From an uncultured Thermoleophilia bacterium (lineage in GTDB: Bacteria > Actinomycetota > Thermoleophilia > UBA2241): 64,000 nucleotides of DNA. Below, piece by piece: positions 1-10,706 of this stretch. Location of the stretch: positions 313,709 to 377,708 of the forward strand of contig CAVPCT010000006.1 of NCBI GenBank assembly GCA_963702475.1, given 5' to 3'. Under the pieces are notes generated by a model, which saw only the letters and a list, made by a program, of their open reading frames with translations, was not told the origin of the DNA and searched no databases. The stretch's first letter is position 1. The number at the start of each line of letters is the position of its first letter. The position numbers and the translations under genes are program-made.

Positions 1-1476
1 TTCCCAGTGCTCTACGGCTCGGGCCTCGAGGGTTGGATCGTCAACGACATCGACGAGTACAAGAAGGAAGAGCACGAGCGCGAGGAGCACCTCCACGACG
101 GCGCCGGGCTCTCGCCGGCGCTGTTGCGGGAGCTGGCCGACGCCGGCATGAACGACCTCTTCGAGACGATCGTCGAGAAGGTGCCGGCGCCCCAGGTGGT
201 CCAGGACGCGCCCTTCCTCATGCAGGTCAGCACGCTCGCCTGGAGCGACTACATCGGGCGCATCGGCTGTGGCCGCGTGCTGCAGGGCGGCCTGAAGGTC
301 GGCGACGAGCTGCAGCGCATCACGACGCGGCACCTGGAGGTCGGCGATCCGGACGCCGGCTGGGAGATCACGGGTTCGCAGTCCGCCCGTGTGACCCACG
401 TCTGGGTGACGCGCGGCCTCGAGAACCGCGAGGTGGACGAGGCGGTGGCCGGCGACATCGTCTGGCTCGCCGGCCCCGACGACATCACCCTCGGCGACAC
501 CCTGACCGCGCCCGGCCTGGAGCCGGACGCCGCGGCCCTGCCGCCACTCGAGATCGAAGAGCCCACGGTCTCCATGTTCTTTCTCGTGAACAACGGCCCG
601 TTCGCCGGCCAGGACGGCAAGGCCGCCACGCTGCGCCAGATCAAGGACCGTCTGGATCGAGAGCTGCGCGTCAACGTCGCGCTCCGTGTGGAGGACCTGG
701 GGCGGCCGGACGGCGTCAAGGTGTCCGGCCGCGGCGAGCTGCACCTTGCCATCCTCATCGAGGAGATGCGCCGCGAGGGCATGGAGCTGTGCGTGAGCCG
801 GCCCGAGGTCATCACCCACCGCGACTCGGCGGGCCACCTCATGGAGCCGATGGAGCAGCTGATCATCGACGTGCCCGAGGAGTACCAGGGCGCGATCATC
901 CAGGAGATCAGCCTGCGTAAGGGCGAGCTCGTCGCCGTGGAGGCCACCGGCACCGGCCTGGTGCGACTGGAGTTCACGATCACGACACGCGGGCTCATCG
1001 GCTACCGCAACGACTTCCTCACGGAGACGCGCGGCCTGGGCGTGATGAGCTCGCGGTTCACCGGCTATGGCCGCTGGAAGGGCGAGCTCCCCGGGCGCGA
1101 GCGCGGATCGCTGGTGAGCCAGGCGGCCGGTGAAGCGGCGAGCTACTCGCTCGAGAACCTGCAGCAACGCGCGACCCTCTTCGTGACGAACATGACGCCG
1201 GTCTACGAGGGCATGATCGTCGGTGAGAACTCGCGCGCCGACGACATGCTGTGCAACCCCACCAAGCGCAAGCAGCTTGGCAACTACCGCTCGTCCACCA
1301 AGGAGATCGACGCCGGCCTCAAGGTGCCGCGCCCGCTCACCCTGGAGTCGGCCCTCGAGTGGATCGCCGACGACGAGCTCGTCGAGGTGACGCCCAAGAT
1401 CGTGCGCGTGCGCAAGCACATCCTCAGCTCAGAGCAGCGCAAGAAGTTCGAGAAGCACGGGGCGGCCGAGGCCTGA
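1..1476 (+). CDS. typA: Translational GTPase TypA/BipA (5'-partial)
   Basis: Typical BipA motifs VSGRGELHLAILIEEMRREG, EPMEQLIIDVPEEY, VYEGMIVGENSR and DDELVEVTP. The frame is open from base 1; the G domain lies before the window. Confidence 0.95.
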   Translation, partial: FPVLYGSGLEGWIVNDIDEYKKEEHEREEHLHDGAGLSPALLRELADAGMNDLFETIVEKVPAPQVVQDAPFLMQVSTLAWSDYIGRIGCGRVLQGGLKVGDELQRITTRHLEVGDPDAGWEITGSQSARVTHVWVTRGLENREVDEAVAGDIVWLAGPDDITLGDTLTAPGLEPDAAALPPLEIEEPTVSMFFLVNNGPFAGQDGKAATLRQIKDRLDRELRVNVALRVEDLGRPDGVKVSGRGELHLAILIEEMRREGMELCVSRPEVITHRDSAGHLMEPMEQLIIDVPEEYQGAIIQEISLRKGELVAVEATGTGLVRLEFTITTRGLIGYRNDFLTETRGLGVMSSRFTGYGRWKGELPGRERGSLVSQAAGEAASYSLENLQQRATLFVTNMTPVYEGMIVGENSRADDMLCNPTKRKQLGNYRSSTKEIDAGLKVPRPLTLESALEWIADDELVEVTPKIVRVRKHILSSEQRKKFEKHGAAEA

Positions 1477-1502
1477 GGCCGGGCTGGCCCTGTGCCGGAC
1501 TG

Positions 1503-1688
1503 TCAGGGCTCCGTGATCTCGAGATCCCGGCAGATCTTACGGGCGAGGAAATCGTTGATCTCGCGATGCCTGGGCACCGCGGTCGCTTCGCCAACAGACC
1601 GATTCACGTCGACGGAGTGCCGGCCGCCCTCGCGGAGCAGTTCGCAGCCATGACTCTCGAGGTGGCGGACGAGATCGGCGTGCTTCAC
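1503..1688 (-). CDS. hicA: HicA-family toxin (mRNA interferase)
   Basis: 61 aa with LVRHLESHGCELLREGGRHS and VPRHREI, the HicA pattern with the conserved His. GTGA overlap with the upstream antitoxin. Confidence 0.85.
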   Translation of the reverse strand: MKHADLVRHLESHGCELLREGGRHSVDVNRSVGEATAVPRHREINDFLARKICRDLEITEP

Positions 1689-1906
1689 GCGGAGATGCGC
1701 AACGGCTCGCGGATCACGTCCCGGTCGCCGAGCCGTTCTTCTGCCAGAAGGCGGTTGGCGTCCAGAACGAGCTCGACGGCCTCGACGAGGTTCTCTCGAG
1801 CCTCGTCCAGAGTAGCTCCCTGCGTGTTCGCCCCCGGGAGCTCCTCGACGTAGCCGATGTAGCCCTCAGGCACCTGTTCGAAGACCGCTGTCAACTCGAG
1901 CTGCAT
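1685..1906 (-). CDS. hicB: HicB-family antitoxin (short, no DNA-binding domain)
   Basis: GYIGYVEELPGANTQGATLDEARENLVEA HicB motif. AGGAGG SD precedes the ATG at 1906. Confidence 0.85.
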   Translation of the reverse strand: MQLELTAVFEQVPEGYIGYVEELPGANTQGATLDEARENLVEAVELVLDANRLLAEERLGDRDVIREPLRISA

Positions 1907-2068
1907 GTGAACGCTACCTCCTTGATCCCACTGTAGCATGCGGCCGGCGAGTCACGACGGCTCCCCGCCTCACGCGGAGGTGACGTTGTCATGGAGTCTC
2001 AGGCGTTCCGCCGGTCGCGCACCATCAGGCCGACCTCGCAGCCCAGCACCCGCAGCGGCGACAGCGCT

Positions 2069-2975
2069 TCAGAGCCTGCGCAGCTCCGCTATGGCCTCTG
2101 CGATGATCGCCTGCTGCCGCTCGATCTCGTCGAGCAACTCCTCGGGCGTGCGCATGTCCTCCTCGATGATCCGGTGCGGGTTGACCGCCTTGAGGTCGTA
2201 GTTGCTCGTCTCGATGGCGTCGCGAGTCACCGTCCAACGCCGCTCGGAGTCCGGCCGTCCCACTGTCCCGGCCGCGCGACGATCGCCGACGAGTTCGAAG
2301 AACTCCTCCATGCGCACCAGCGTGAACGGCGTCTTCTTGCCGACCTTTAGGTCGCTCCGGTCGTGGTACCAGATGCGCTCGGTGGGCCGGCCCTTGTTGA
2401 ATAACAGGAGGTTGGCCTTCACGCAGGCGCCGACCTGGCTGAACACGCCGGGCGGCACGCTGACGATGCACCGCAGGTCGCAGTCGTCGAGGAGCTTGCG
2501 CTTGGTCTGGACGAAGGCGGTCTCGTTGGTGCGGAGCAGGACGCCCTCGTCGATGACGAGGCCGCGGCGGCCGCCGGTGAGCGTGTTGCCGTGCCACAGG
2601 TGCGGCGCGTCGATGCCGTGCAGTACCACGTTGGCGAGCGCGATGGGGTAGTTGGCGTTGTCCTTCTCGCGGCCGTAGAGGGTGCGATCCTGCAGCGTGA
2701 CGAGCTGGTCGGCGCAGGTGATCTTGCCGTTGCCGGCCCCTGCTCGTAGGACTGCGCAAGGAGACCGCCGGTGCCGCTACCGGCTGCGAGTCGGGGTGCG
2801 GCTTGATGCGCAGCGGGTAGTCGGTGCGGCCCTCGGCCTGCTTGAACGGCCGGCCGTCGATGATCTCGATGGCGCCGGCCGTCTCCTCGCGCGGGATCAG
2901 GTCCTCGGTCCAGCCGCGCGCGTGAATGGCCGGGTCGATGAGCCTGGCGCGAGTATCGGCCTCTGAGAGCCCCAT
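2069..2975 (-). pseudogene. Collapsed type I restriction-modification locus (HsdR N-terminus joined to HsdM fragments)
   Basis: MGLSEADTRARLIDPAIHARGW..GRTDY resembles an HsdR N-terminus. Another frame gives LYGREKD..LANVVLHGI..HGNTLTG and then GLVIDEGVLLRTNE..NYDLKAVNP (HsdM). No NPPF motif and no hsdS. Confidence 0.8.
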
Positions 2976-3070
2976 GGCCGCCGCCCCGTTGGATGCTTGC
3001 GTGGACCCGCAGGGCATCGCGTCTCGCGACGTTCGCCGTAGTCCACCCCGTAGGGTTGACGACTGGAGGA

Positions 3071-3343
3071 CTACGAAGACTCGGTCTGGCCTTCGTGCCC
3101 CGAATCGTCAGAGTCCACGGATTCGAGCGACTCCAGGACTTCTCGGGCCTCGGCGAGGCGGTGCTCCTCCACCAGCACCTGGACGAGGCCCAGCCCGCCG
3201 CCGGACCCGGCGAACAGCCAGCTGCCGTGCTGCTCGCCTCGGGTCATGGCGGGGATGCCGGCGGCCTCGAGCGCGCCCTTGACGGCCTCCGCAGCGAACG
3301 TACCCATGACCATCGTGACGACGACCAGGCGGTCCTCGGTCAC
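3071..3343 (-). CDS. DUF2007-like putative signal-transducing protein
   Basis: AEAVKGALEAAGIPA..VQVLVEEHRLAEAREVL pattern. The GTG start overlaps the decarboxylase stop (GTGA). Confidence 0.7.
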   Translation of the reverse strand: MTEDRLVVVTMVMGTFAAEAVKGALEAAGIPAMTRGEQHGSWLFAGSGGGLGLVQVLVEEHRLAEAREVLESLESVDSDDSGHEGQTESS

Positions 3344-4683
3344 GGCGTCTCCCGTTCGAGGTCGGCCACGATGAGGTTGACGTCGTCGGGCGTGGTGAGG
3401 GGGTTGATGAAGCAGAGGCGGAGGACCGTCTCGCCGTGGTGCTTGGTGGGGGTGATCATGCCGAGACCGCTGTGCAAGGCCTCGTCGCTCCAGCGGTCGT
3501 AGTCGGCTGCGCACCAGCCCAGCCGCCGGAAGACGACGACCGTGAGCGACGGCTCGAGCACGAGTTCGAGCACGGGGCTGCCTGCGATGCGTTCGGCCGC
3601 GTACGCGGAAATGTCGAGACAGTGCTCGACGGCCTGGACGTAGGCGTCGGTACCGTAGGCCAGGACCGACGCCCACAACGGCAGGCCGCGAGCTCGTCGC
3701 GTCAGGTGCACGGCGAGATCCGCGGGGTTGCCCGCCTCCTCTTCCGTCATGACGTCGAGGTAGTCCGCCCGCTGCGTGAACGCCTTTCGCGCCCTGCGTT
3801 CGTCACGGTACACGACCGTAGCGCAGTCGTACGGCAGGTACAGCCATTTGTGCGGGTTCACGATGAACGAGTCGGCGCGCTCGATGCCGGCGAACAGGTG
3901 GCGCACGCGCGGGGACAGCAGCGCGGCCCCGCCGTAGGCGCCGTCCACGTGCAACCAGAGGCCGAGCGCCGCGCAGACGTCGGCGACGGCGGCGAGGTCG
4001 TCCACGGCGCCGTTGTTGGTGGCGCCGGCTGTGGCCACGACCGCGACCACGTCGTCCGGGTCGTGGCCCTCGAGCGCCGCCCGCAAGACGCGCGCGTCGA
4101 GGCGGCCGTGATCGTCGGCCGGCTCTGCGAGCACGAGGTCGCACCCGAGGACGCGCGCGGCGGCCTCGACCGACGCGTGGGCCGAGTGGCCGGCGACGAC
4201 GACCTGGCTGCGCAGGGAGGCGCGCCTGCCGCCCCTCGCCGCCACCAGCGCACTGAGGTTCGCGATCGTGCCGCAGCTGACGAACGTGCCGCCGGCGCCG
4301 GCGGGAAAGCCGGCCGCGCCGGCCAGCCAGCGCACCGTGGCCTCCTCAGCGTCCACGGCGGCGACCCCCTCCAGCCTGCTGCCCCCGAACACCATCGCCG
4401 CTGACAGCGCCATGTCGGCCAGGGCCGCGGCCACCGACGGCGCTCCGGGGATGAACGCCAGGAAGCGCGGGTGATCGGGCGACACGGTCGTGGCGATCAC
4501 GGTGTGCAGCAGCGCGTCGAGGGCGGCCTTCGTGCCGATGCCCTCGGGTGAGAAGGCCGGGAGCTCGACCGGCCCCCCGGCGGGCGGGAGGGTGGCGCGC
4601 CTGTCGGCGAGACGTGCCAGGGCCCAGTCCAGGAGGTCGTGGGCGGCGGCGACGTCGTCGGGGGTGGGCTGGTGCATGCTCAC
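3340..4683 (-). CDS. Group II PLP-dependent amino-acid decarboxylase
   Basis: WLHVDGAYGG, ADSFIVNPHKWL (PLP Lys) and GATNNGAVD. Confidence 0.9.
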   Translation of the reverse strand: MSMHQPTPDDVAAAHDLLDWALARLADRRATLPPAGGPVELPAFSPEGIGTKAALDALLHTVIATTVSPDHPRFLAFIPGAPSVAAALADMALSAAMVFGGSRLEGVAAVDAEEATVRWLAGAAGFPAGAGGTFVSCGTIANLSALVAARGGRRASLRSQVVVAGHSAHASVEAAARVLGCDLVLAEPADDHGRLDARVLRAALEGHDPDDVVAVVATAGATNNGAVDDLAAVADVCAALGLWLHVDGAYGGAALLSPRVRHLFAGIERADSFIVNPHKWLYLPYDCATVVYRDERRARKAFTQRADYLDVMTEEEAGNPADLAVHLTRRARGLPLWASVLAYGTDAYVQAVEHCLDISAYAAERIAGSPVLELVLEPSLTVVVFRRLGWCAADYDRWSDEALHSGLGMITPTKHHGETVLRLCFINPLTTPDDVNLIVADLERETP

Positions 4684-4797
4684 GCCTACATCCTATCGCG
4701 GAGCGGCGTCGCGCCGAGCACGGTCTCACAAAGGCGGGCCGGCGTGCGCCGCCCGAGAACCCGCCTGAGAACCCCGCCGCCCGGGCATGACAGAGGC

Positions 4798-5547
4798 ATG
4801 GCGCACGAGGACCAGAAACGGGCCGCAGCCGAGGCGGCGCTCGAGTCCGTGCCGCCGGCCGCGGTGATCGGCGTCGGCACGGGCAGCACCGTCGCGTTCT
4901 TCATCGAGGCACTCGCAGGCCTGCCTTTCGGCAGAAGACCGGCGGCGGCGGTCGCGAGCTCAGAGGCCACGGCGACGGCGCTCGAGGCGGCCGGCATCCG
5001 CGTCGTCGATCTGGACCACGTCGCGGAGCGCGCGGGGCGAGAGCGCGCCGCCGCGCCGCCGCGCACCGAGGGCGGACCGGCGCTCCTGCCGGTCTACGTG
5101 GACGGCGCCGACGAGGTGGACCCCGAGCTCCGCCTCATCAAGGGCGGCGGCGGCGCGCACGCGCGCGAGAAGGTGCTCGCCGCGGCCTCAGGCCTCTTCG
5201 TGTGCATGGTCGATGAGAGCAAGCTCGTCGAACGGCTCGGGGCGTTCCCGCTGCCCGTAGAGGTGATCCCCATGGCGGCCGCGTTCGTCGGCGCGCGCCT
5301 CACGGAGACGGGCGCGCGCGTCGTGCCGCGGCCGGGTTACCTGACCGACAACGGCAACATGGTACTGGACGTGACCGGGCTCGACCTGGCAGACCCGGAG
5401 GGTCTCGAGGTCGAGCTCGACGGCATCCCCGGCGTGGTGGAGTGCGGGATCTTCGCGCGCCGCGGGGCCGACATCGTGCTCGTCGGGGGCGACCCCGTGC
5501 GGCGCATCAGCGCCGCGGGTCTGCACGGCGGGCCGCTCAGCTGGTAG
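4798..5547 (+). CDS. rpiA: Ribose-5-phosphate isomerase A
   Basis: GVGTGST, DGADEVD, KGGGGAHAREK and TDNGN motifs. Confidence 0.95.
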   Translation: MAHEDQKRAAAEAALESVPPAAVIGVGTGSTVAFFIEALAGLPFGRRPAAAVASSEATATALEAAGIRVVDLDHVAERAGRERAAAPPRTEGGPALLPVYVDGADEVDPELRLIKGGGGAHAREKVLAAASGLFVCMVDESKLVERLGAFPLPVEVIPMAAAFVGARLTETGARVVPRPGYLTDNGNMVLDVTGLDLADPEGLEVELDGIPGVVECGIFARRGADIVLVGGDPVRRISAAGLHGGPLSW

Positions 5548-5706
5548 CGCGGCCCGCCGGCTCCGCGGAGTCCTGGCGGCCGGTGCGGGCCGGCGCCTGC
5601 TCGGCTGCCGGGTGGGTCCTTGATCCCGGCGAGGTGGCCCCACAGCGCGAACCCCGCATGCCAGGGCAGTACGCGCGGTCGTTGGCCCCATGGGGGAGCG
5701 GGACTC

Positions 5707-7008
5707 TCAACGCTGCGCGAACACCATGATGCTGCCGGTGTAGCAGCAGACCCAGACGCTCTTCGTCGGCGTGTCGTAGGTGATGCCGATGGGCAGCGCG
5801 TTCGTGCCCACGCTCTCGATCACCTTCATGTCCCTGGTGCGCACCTGGCTCATCGTGCTGGAGTCGTAGTTCACGACGAAGAGGGACGTGCCGTCAGTGG
5901 CCATCGCCATGCTGCGCGGCTGCTGGCCCGTGTTGACCTTCTTGACCACGCGCCCGGTCTTCGTGCTGATCTTGGCGACGCTGCCCTCGCCGTTCAGCGT
6001 AACGTACAGGTACTTGCCGTCGGGGCTCATGATGAGGTGACGCGGGCCCGAGCCCACGCCGCGGATCCAGCCCACAGAGAAGTCGGTGAGATCAACCTTG
6101 GCGATGTCGTGGCTGCCCATGACCGACACGTAGGCGGTCCGCGAATCGGGCGAGACGGCGATGCCGCGCGGGTACGGCCCGAGGTAGACGTTCTCGACCC
6201 GCTCGCTGGTGTGCACGTCGACCACGCTCAGCGTGTACGAGATCCAGTTGCTCACCAGCAGGTACTTCTGGTCGGGCGTGACGGCGACGTACTTGGGTAC
6301 CGAGCCGACCTTGATGACCTTGTCGATCTCGAGGTCGTCCAGAGCGACACGGTAGACGGTGCTCTTGTCGTAGCCGGAGCTGGGACCGCCGGCGTCGTGA
6401 CCCTCGCGGGAGTAGCCGGGCCCGTACATGGAGTAGTTGGACACGAACATGAAGCGGTGGTCGGGGGTCTCGGCGGCCTCCACCGGGGAGCCCTGCACGG
6501 TGCCGTCCGTCTTCGAGCCGAGCAGGGAGAGTGGGACCCGGTCGGGGATCGTCTTGACCAGCTCGAGCGTCGTCGTGTCGTACACGGTGATCGAGTGCTT
6601 GTACATCATGTTCTGGGCGAACACGAGGCCGGTGCCGGTGGAGACGACCGACTTGGGCGAGATCTCCGAGCTGGTGATGGTCTTGCGGAGCTTCAGTTCG
6701 AGCTTGTCGGAGGACGGGCCGGTCCAAGCCGCGGCGGCTTGGGCGCTCGAGGTAGGGGAGGGCTTGGGAGAAGCGGAGGAACCGGAGGACGCCGACGAGC
6801 CGGAAGCGGCCGAGGCGGCGCCGCCCGCCGAAGCGGGCTCGTCGCCTCCGCTGGTGGTGGCGACGACCACGCCGACGACGGCGGCCACGACGAGCAGCAG
6901 GACGAGCAGGGCGACCAGTCGGCGGCGCCGGTACTTGGCTGCGCGGTACCGGCGCGTCTTTCGGAAGTCACGTCTGGTCATGCTGCGGTCGGGCCTTCTG
7001 GTCGTCAT
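5707..7008 (-). CDS. Membrane-anchored YVTN/YncE beta-propeller protein
   Basis: Arg-rich N-terminus, a TM helix and a Ser/Ala linker, then repeats such as SPDGKYLYVTLNG and TPDQKYLLVSN. Confidence 0.85.
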   Translation of the reverse strand: MTTRRPDRSMTRRDFRKTRRYRAAKYRRRRLVALLVLLLVVAAVVGVVVATTSGGDEPASAGGAASAASGSSASSGSSASPKPSPTSSAQAAAAWTGPSSDKLELKLRKTITSSEISPKSVVSTGTGLVFAQNMMYKHSITVYDTTTLELVKTIPDRVPLSLLGSKTDGTVQGSPVEAAETPDHRFMFVSNYSMYGPGYSREGHDAGGPSSGYDKSTVYRVALDDLEIDKVIKVGSVPKYVAVTPDQKYLLVSNWISYTLSVVDVHTSERVENVYLGPYPRGIAVSPDSRTAYVSVMGSHDIAKVDLTDFSVGWIRGVGSGPRHLIMSPDGKYLYVTLNGEGSVAKISTKTGRVVKKVNTGQQPRSMAMATDGTSLFVVNYDSSTMSQVRTRDMKVIESVGTNALPIGITYDTPTKSVWVCCYTGSIMVFAQR

Positions 7009-7129
7009 GGCGTCGGAGTGTAGCACCGGGCGTACGCGGCTGCCCGGAGCGTCGGAGACTGGAGAGGAGACGCGGCGGGCGGCGCCGTGGCTCGCCCTGG
7101 GGTGAGCCCCGGCAGGGCCCGCCGGGCCG

Positions 7130-8332
7130 TCAGCCGAGGGCGGCCTGCAGGCGGCGCAGCGCCTCCTGCAGCGTACTGCGCGGGCAGCCGAAGTTGAGGC
7201 GCAGGAAGCCCGGGGCGCCGAAGTCGGCCCCGGGTGAGAGCGCCAGACCGGCGTCGAGGCAGGCGCGGGCGGAAGCTCTGCCGTCAAGCCCGCGCCGCCC
7301 CAGACCGCGTACGTCGAGCCAGGCCAGGTACGTGGCCTCGACGTGCGACACGCGCACGTCCGGCAGCTGCTCTCCAACCGTGCGCTCGATGAGGTCGCGG
7401 TTGCCGCGCAGGTAGTCGAGCAGCTGCGCGAGCCACTCGCCGCCGTGCCGGTAGGCGGCCTCGGCGGCGTCGATGGCGAAGCAGCCCGGGAACGGCAGCA
7501 GGCCCTCGTCCGGGCGGGGGAAGCGTTCGCGCAACTCGGGATCGGAGATCACGGCGAAGGCGAAGTTCAGGCCGGGCAGGTTGAACGCCTTGCTCGGCGA
7601 CATCAGGGTGACGATCTGCGCGTGCGCGTGCGCCGACGGCGCGGCCGGAAGCACCCCCGGTTCGCCCGACCGGGTGCCGGTGTCTCCCGCGACCACAGCG
7701 GCGGGCACGTGCTCCAGCGGGTCGAGGATGAGGTCGCAGTGGATCTCGTCCGAGACGAGCACGAGGTCGTGGCGGCGGCAGAAGTCGACGACCGCCGTCA
7801 CTTCATCCCGCCGCCACACGCGGCCCAACGGGTTGTGAGGGTGGCAGAACAGCAGCACGCGGGTGTCGCCGGTGACGGTCGCCTCCATCGCCTCCAGCGG
7901 CAGCCGCCAGCCTTCGCCGGTCTCCTCCGCGGGCACCGTGACGAGGCGCCGCCCCGTGTTCTCGGGAGCGTGCAGAAATGGCGGGTAGACGGGCGTGACG
8001 GTCATCACCGCTTCGCCCGGCCCCGCGTAGGCGGCGCAGGCGGCGTTGAGGCCGGGCACAACGCTGGGCAGCCACCTGAACCACTCGGGTTCTGTGCGCC
8101 AGTCGTAGCGGGCATCCAAGTGGCCCGCGATGGCTTCGGTGAGCGACGGCGGCACCAGGGAGTAGCCGAAGACGCCGTGGTCGACGCGGGCGCGCAGCGC
8201 GGCCACGACCGCGGGTGGAGAGGCGAAGTCCATGTCGGCCACCCACAGCGGAAGCACGCCGGGTGGGTACCTCTCCCACTTGAAACTGGCCGTGCCGCTG
8301 CGGTCGACCGGGGTGTCGAAGTCGTAGTCCAC
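7130..8332 (-). CDS. MalY/PatB-family PLP C-S lyase (cystathionine beta-lyase-like)
   Basis: LPLWVADMDF, CHPHNPLGRVW, SDEIHCD, SPSKAFNLPGL and RLNFGCPRS. Confidence 0.92.
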   Translation of the reverse strand: MDYDFDTPVDRSGTASFKWERYPPGVLPLWVADMDFASPPAVVAALRARVDHGVFGYSLVPPSLTEAIAGHLDARYDWRTEPEWFRWLPSVVPGLNAACAAYAGPGEAVMTVTPVYPPFLHAPENTGRRLVTVPAEETGEGWRLPLEAMEATVTGDTRVLLFCHPHNPLGRVWRRDEVTAVVDFCRRHDLVLVSDEIHCDLILDPLEHVPAAVVAGDTGTRSGEPGVLPAAPSAHAHAQIVTLMSPSKAFNLPGLNFAFAVISDPELRERFPRPDEGLLPFPGCFAIDAAEAAYRHGGEWLAQLLDYLRGNRDLIERTVGEQLPDVRVSHVEATYLAWLDVRGLGRRGLDGRASARACLDAGLALSPGADFGAPGFLRLNFGCPRSTLQEALRRLQAALG

Positions 8333-8528
8333 GGCGCCCAACGTATCAGAACGACGGGGGCCGCCGCCGACGGCTGGGGCCGCGGCCGGGGGCCGACCCG
8401 CCTGACGACGATCAAGGCGGCCCGGGAGTTTGTCCTGTATTCTTGGGGAAAGACCTCATCGGGCCGCGGCGCGCCGCCGGCCGCGGCGCCGGTCCCTGAC
8501 GGCCGGCGTCATCTCCGCAAAGGACGCT

Positions 8529-10019
8529 ATGAAGATCCGCCTCATCGAGCCCGCAGCCCCCAGCATGCACCTCTGGTCCATGTCCTACTTCGTGCGGCTC
8601 GGCCTGCCCATCATCGGAGCGACGCTCAAGCAGGCCGGGCACGACGTCCGGATCTACAACCCTCAGCTCGCGCCCATCGACTGGGACGACGTGTTCACGT
8701 CGGAGCTGGTCGGCCTCTCCTCTACCACCTCCACGGCTCCGGCCGCCTACGACATCGGCGACGAGCTTCGCCGCCGCCGCATCCCCGTCATCGTCGGCGG
8801 GTCGCACGTCACCTTCATGGCTGAGGAGGCCCTCGATCACGCCGACTTCGTCGCGCGCGGCGAGGGCGGCGAGCAGACCATGTTGGAGCTGGTGGACGCC
8901 ATGGAAGGGCGCAAGCAGATCGCCGACGTGACCGGCATCTCGTACCGCCGCAACGGCGAGACGGTGCACAACCGGCTGCACGAGCGCTGCACCGACCTGG
9001 ATACCCTGCCGTTCCCCGACCTCGACCTCGTGGTGGGCAAAGAGCGCCTCGTCAACACGCCCATCATGACCAGCTGGGGCTGCCCGTTCGACTGCACGTT
9101 CTGCTCGGTGACGGCCATGTTCGGCAAGAAGTACCGCTTTCGCAGCGCCGAGAGCGTGATCGCCGAGATCAAGCAGAAGGATCCCGAGAAGATCTTCTTC
9201 TACGACGACAACATGGCGGCCAACCGCAAACGCCTCAAGCGCCTGCTGCGCATGATGATCGACGAGGGCATCAAGGTGCGGTGGGGCGCGCAGGTGCGCA
9301 CCGACGTCGTGCGTGACCGCGAGCTGCTGGAGCTCATGCAGGCTTCGGGTGCCGACTTCGTCGCCCTCGGCCTCGAATCCGTGAGTCAGGCGACCCTCGA
9401 CCACTTCGAGAAGTCGCAGACGGTGGAAGACATCGAGCACGCCGTCAAGGTGCTTCACGAGTACGGCATCCGCACCCACGGCATGTTCGTGCTGGGCGCG
9501 GAGCACGACGAGGGGGACTTCGTGCGCGACACCGTCGACTTCGCGCTCAAGAACCGGATCGACACGGTGATGATGAACATCCTCACGCCGCTCCCCGGTA
9601 CCCAGCAGTTCGAGGAGCTGGAGGCGGCAGGGCGCCTCATCACCAAGGACTGGCGCCTGTACGACGCGCAGCACGTGGTGTTCTGGCCGCGCCACATGAG
9701 CCCGGCGAAGCTCCAGCGCGACGTGCTGCGCGAGCAGCGGCGCTTCTACAAGACCTCGCGTCCTGTGTACTGGTTCCTCGGCTGGCTGCGCGGCCGCGAC
9801 CAGGCAAGCTGGGACCGCATGCTCGAGTCCGGCTGGCTGTGGTGGTACGCCCGCATGTGGTGGAAGGATGCCGGCAATCGTGAGCACCTGCGCATGCTCG
9901 AGGAACTGCCTCCCTACGTTCCGCCGGCACCCGCTCCCGCGGCGCGGGACGCCGCTCCCCGCGAGCCGCGGCACCGGCACGAAGAGCCGGCGGTGTGTGA
10001 GGGCGCGTCGCGGGCGTAG
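8529..10019 (+). CDS. B12-binding-domain radical SAM protein (paralogue 1)
   Basis: GGSHVT..GEGGE cobalamin-binding region, CPFDCTFC motif, FFYDDN, GLES and TPLPGT. Confidence 0.92.
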   Translation: MKIRLIEPAAPSMHLWSMSYFVRLGLPIIGATLKQAGHDVRIYNPQLAPIDWDDVFTSELVGLSSTTSTAPAAYDIGDELRRRRIPVIVGGSHVTFMAEEALDHADFVARGEGGEQTMLELVDAMEGRKQIADVTGISYRRNGETVHNRLHERCTDLDTLPFPDLDLVVGKERLVNTPIMTSWGCPFDCTFCSVTAMFGKKYRFRSAESVIAEIKQKDPEKIFFYDDNMAANRKRLKRLLRMMIDEGIKVRWGAQVRTDVVRDRELLELMQASGADFVALGLESVSQATLDHFEKSQTVEDIEHAVKVLHEYGIRTHGMFVLGAEHDEGDFVRDTVDFALKNRIDTVMMNILTPLPGTQQFEELEAAGRLITKDWRLYDAQHVVFWPRHMSPAKLQRDVLREQRRFYKTSRPVYWFLGWLRGRDQASWDRMLESGWLWWYARMWWKDAGNREHLRMLEELPPYVPPAPAPAARDAAPREPRHRHEEPAVCEGASRA

Positions 10020-10108
10020 CCGCGGCGACGCGCGGGAACCATGCGCGCAGAGGGCGCGCCGCCTGCAGCACCGGAGCGGCGCGCACACCGCGACACCGAG
10101 GAGACACC

Positions 10109-10579
10109 ATGGCCATCGCGACCTTCGCCGCAGGCTGCTTCTGGGGCGTCCAGGCCCGCTTCGACGACCTGCCCGGTGTGACCTCCACCGAGGTCGGCTA
10201 CACCGGCGGTACCACCGAGCACCCGACCTACCGGCAGGTGTGCTCTCACGCCACCGGCCACGCCGAGGCGGTCCGTGTGGAGTTCGACCCCGACGTCATC
10301 ACCTACCAGGAGCTCCTGGCTCATTTCTTCAGCATGCACGACCCGACGCAGTGGATGAGGCAGGGGCCCGACGTGGGCGACCAGTACCGCTCCGCGGTGT
10401 TCTTCCACGACCGCGAGCAGGAGAAGGCCGCTCTCGCCGCCATCGAGCAGCTCACCGGGAGTCAGGTGTTCAAACGCACGGTGGTGACACAGGTGGCGCC
10501 GGCGGCCGCGTGGTGGCCGGCGGAGGACTACCACCAGAAGTACTTCCAGAAGCACGGCCGGCACGGCTGCGCCGTCTGA
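10109..10579 (+). CDS. msrA: Peptide-methionine (S)-S-oxide reductase
   Basis: [16 protein letters not shown] and AEDYHQKY motifs; GAGGAG SD. Confidence 0.96.
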   Translation: MAIATFAAGCFWGVQARFDDLPGVTSTEVGYTGGTTEHPTYRQVCSHATGHAEAVRVEFDPDVITYQELLAHFFSMHDPTQWMRQGPDVGDQYRSAVFFHDREQEKAALAAIEQLTGSQVFKRTVVTQVAPAAAWWPAEDYHQKYFQKHGRHGCAV

Positions 10580-10706
10580 GTGAGGGCCGCGCGCTCGAGG
10601 TCGTCGTGCGCGTCTGCGCCGTCTGAGGGCCGCACCGCGCGCGCTTCGTCTGCACTACGGCCGCCGCGGCCCGTCGCCGTGCGGCCTGCTGGCCGCCGGC
10701 AGTAGG

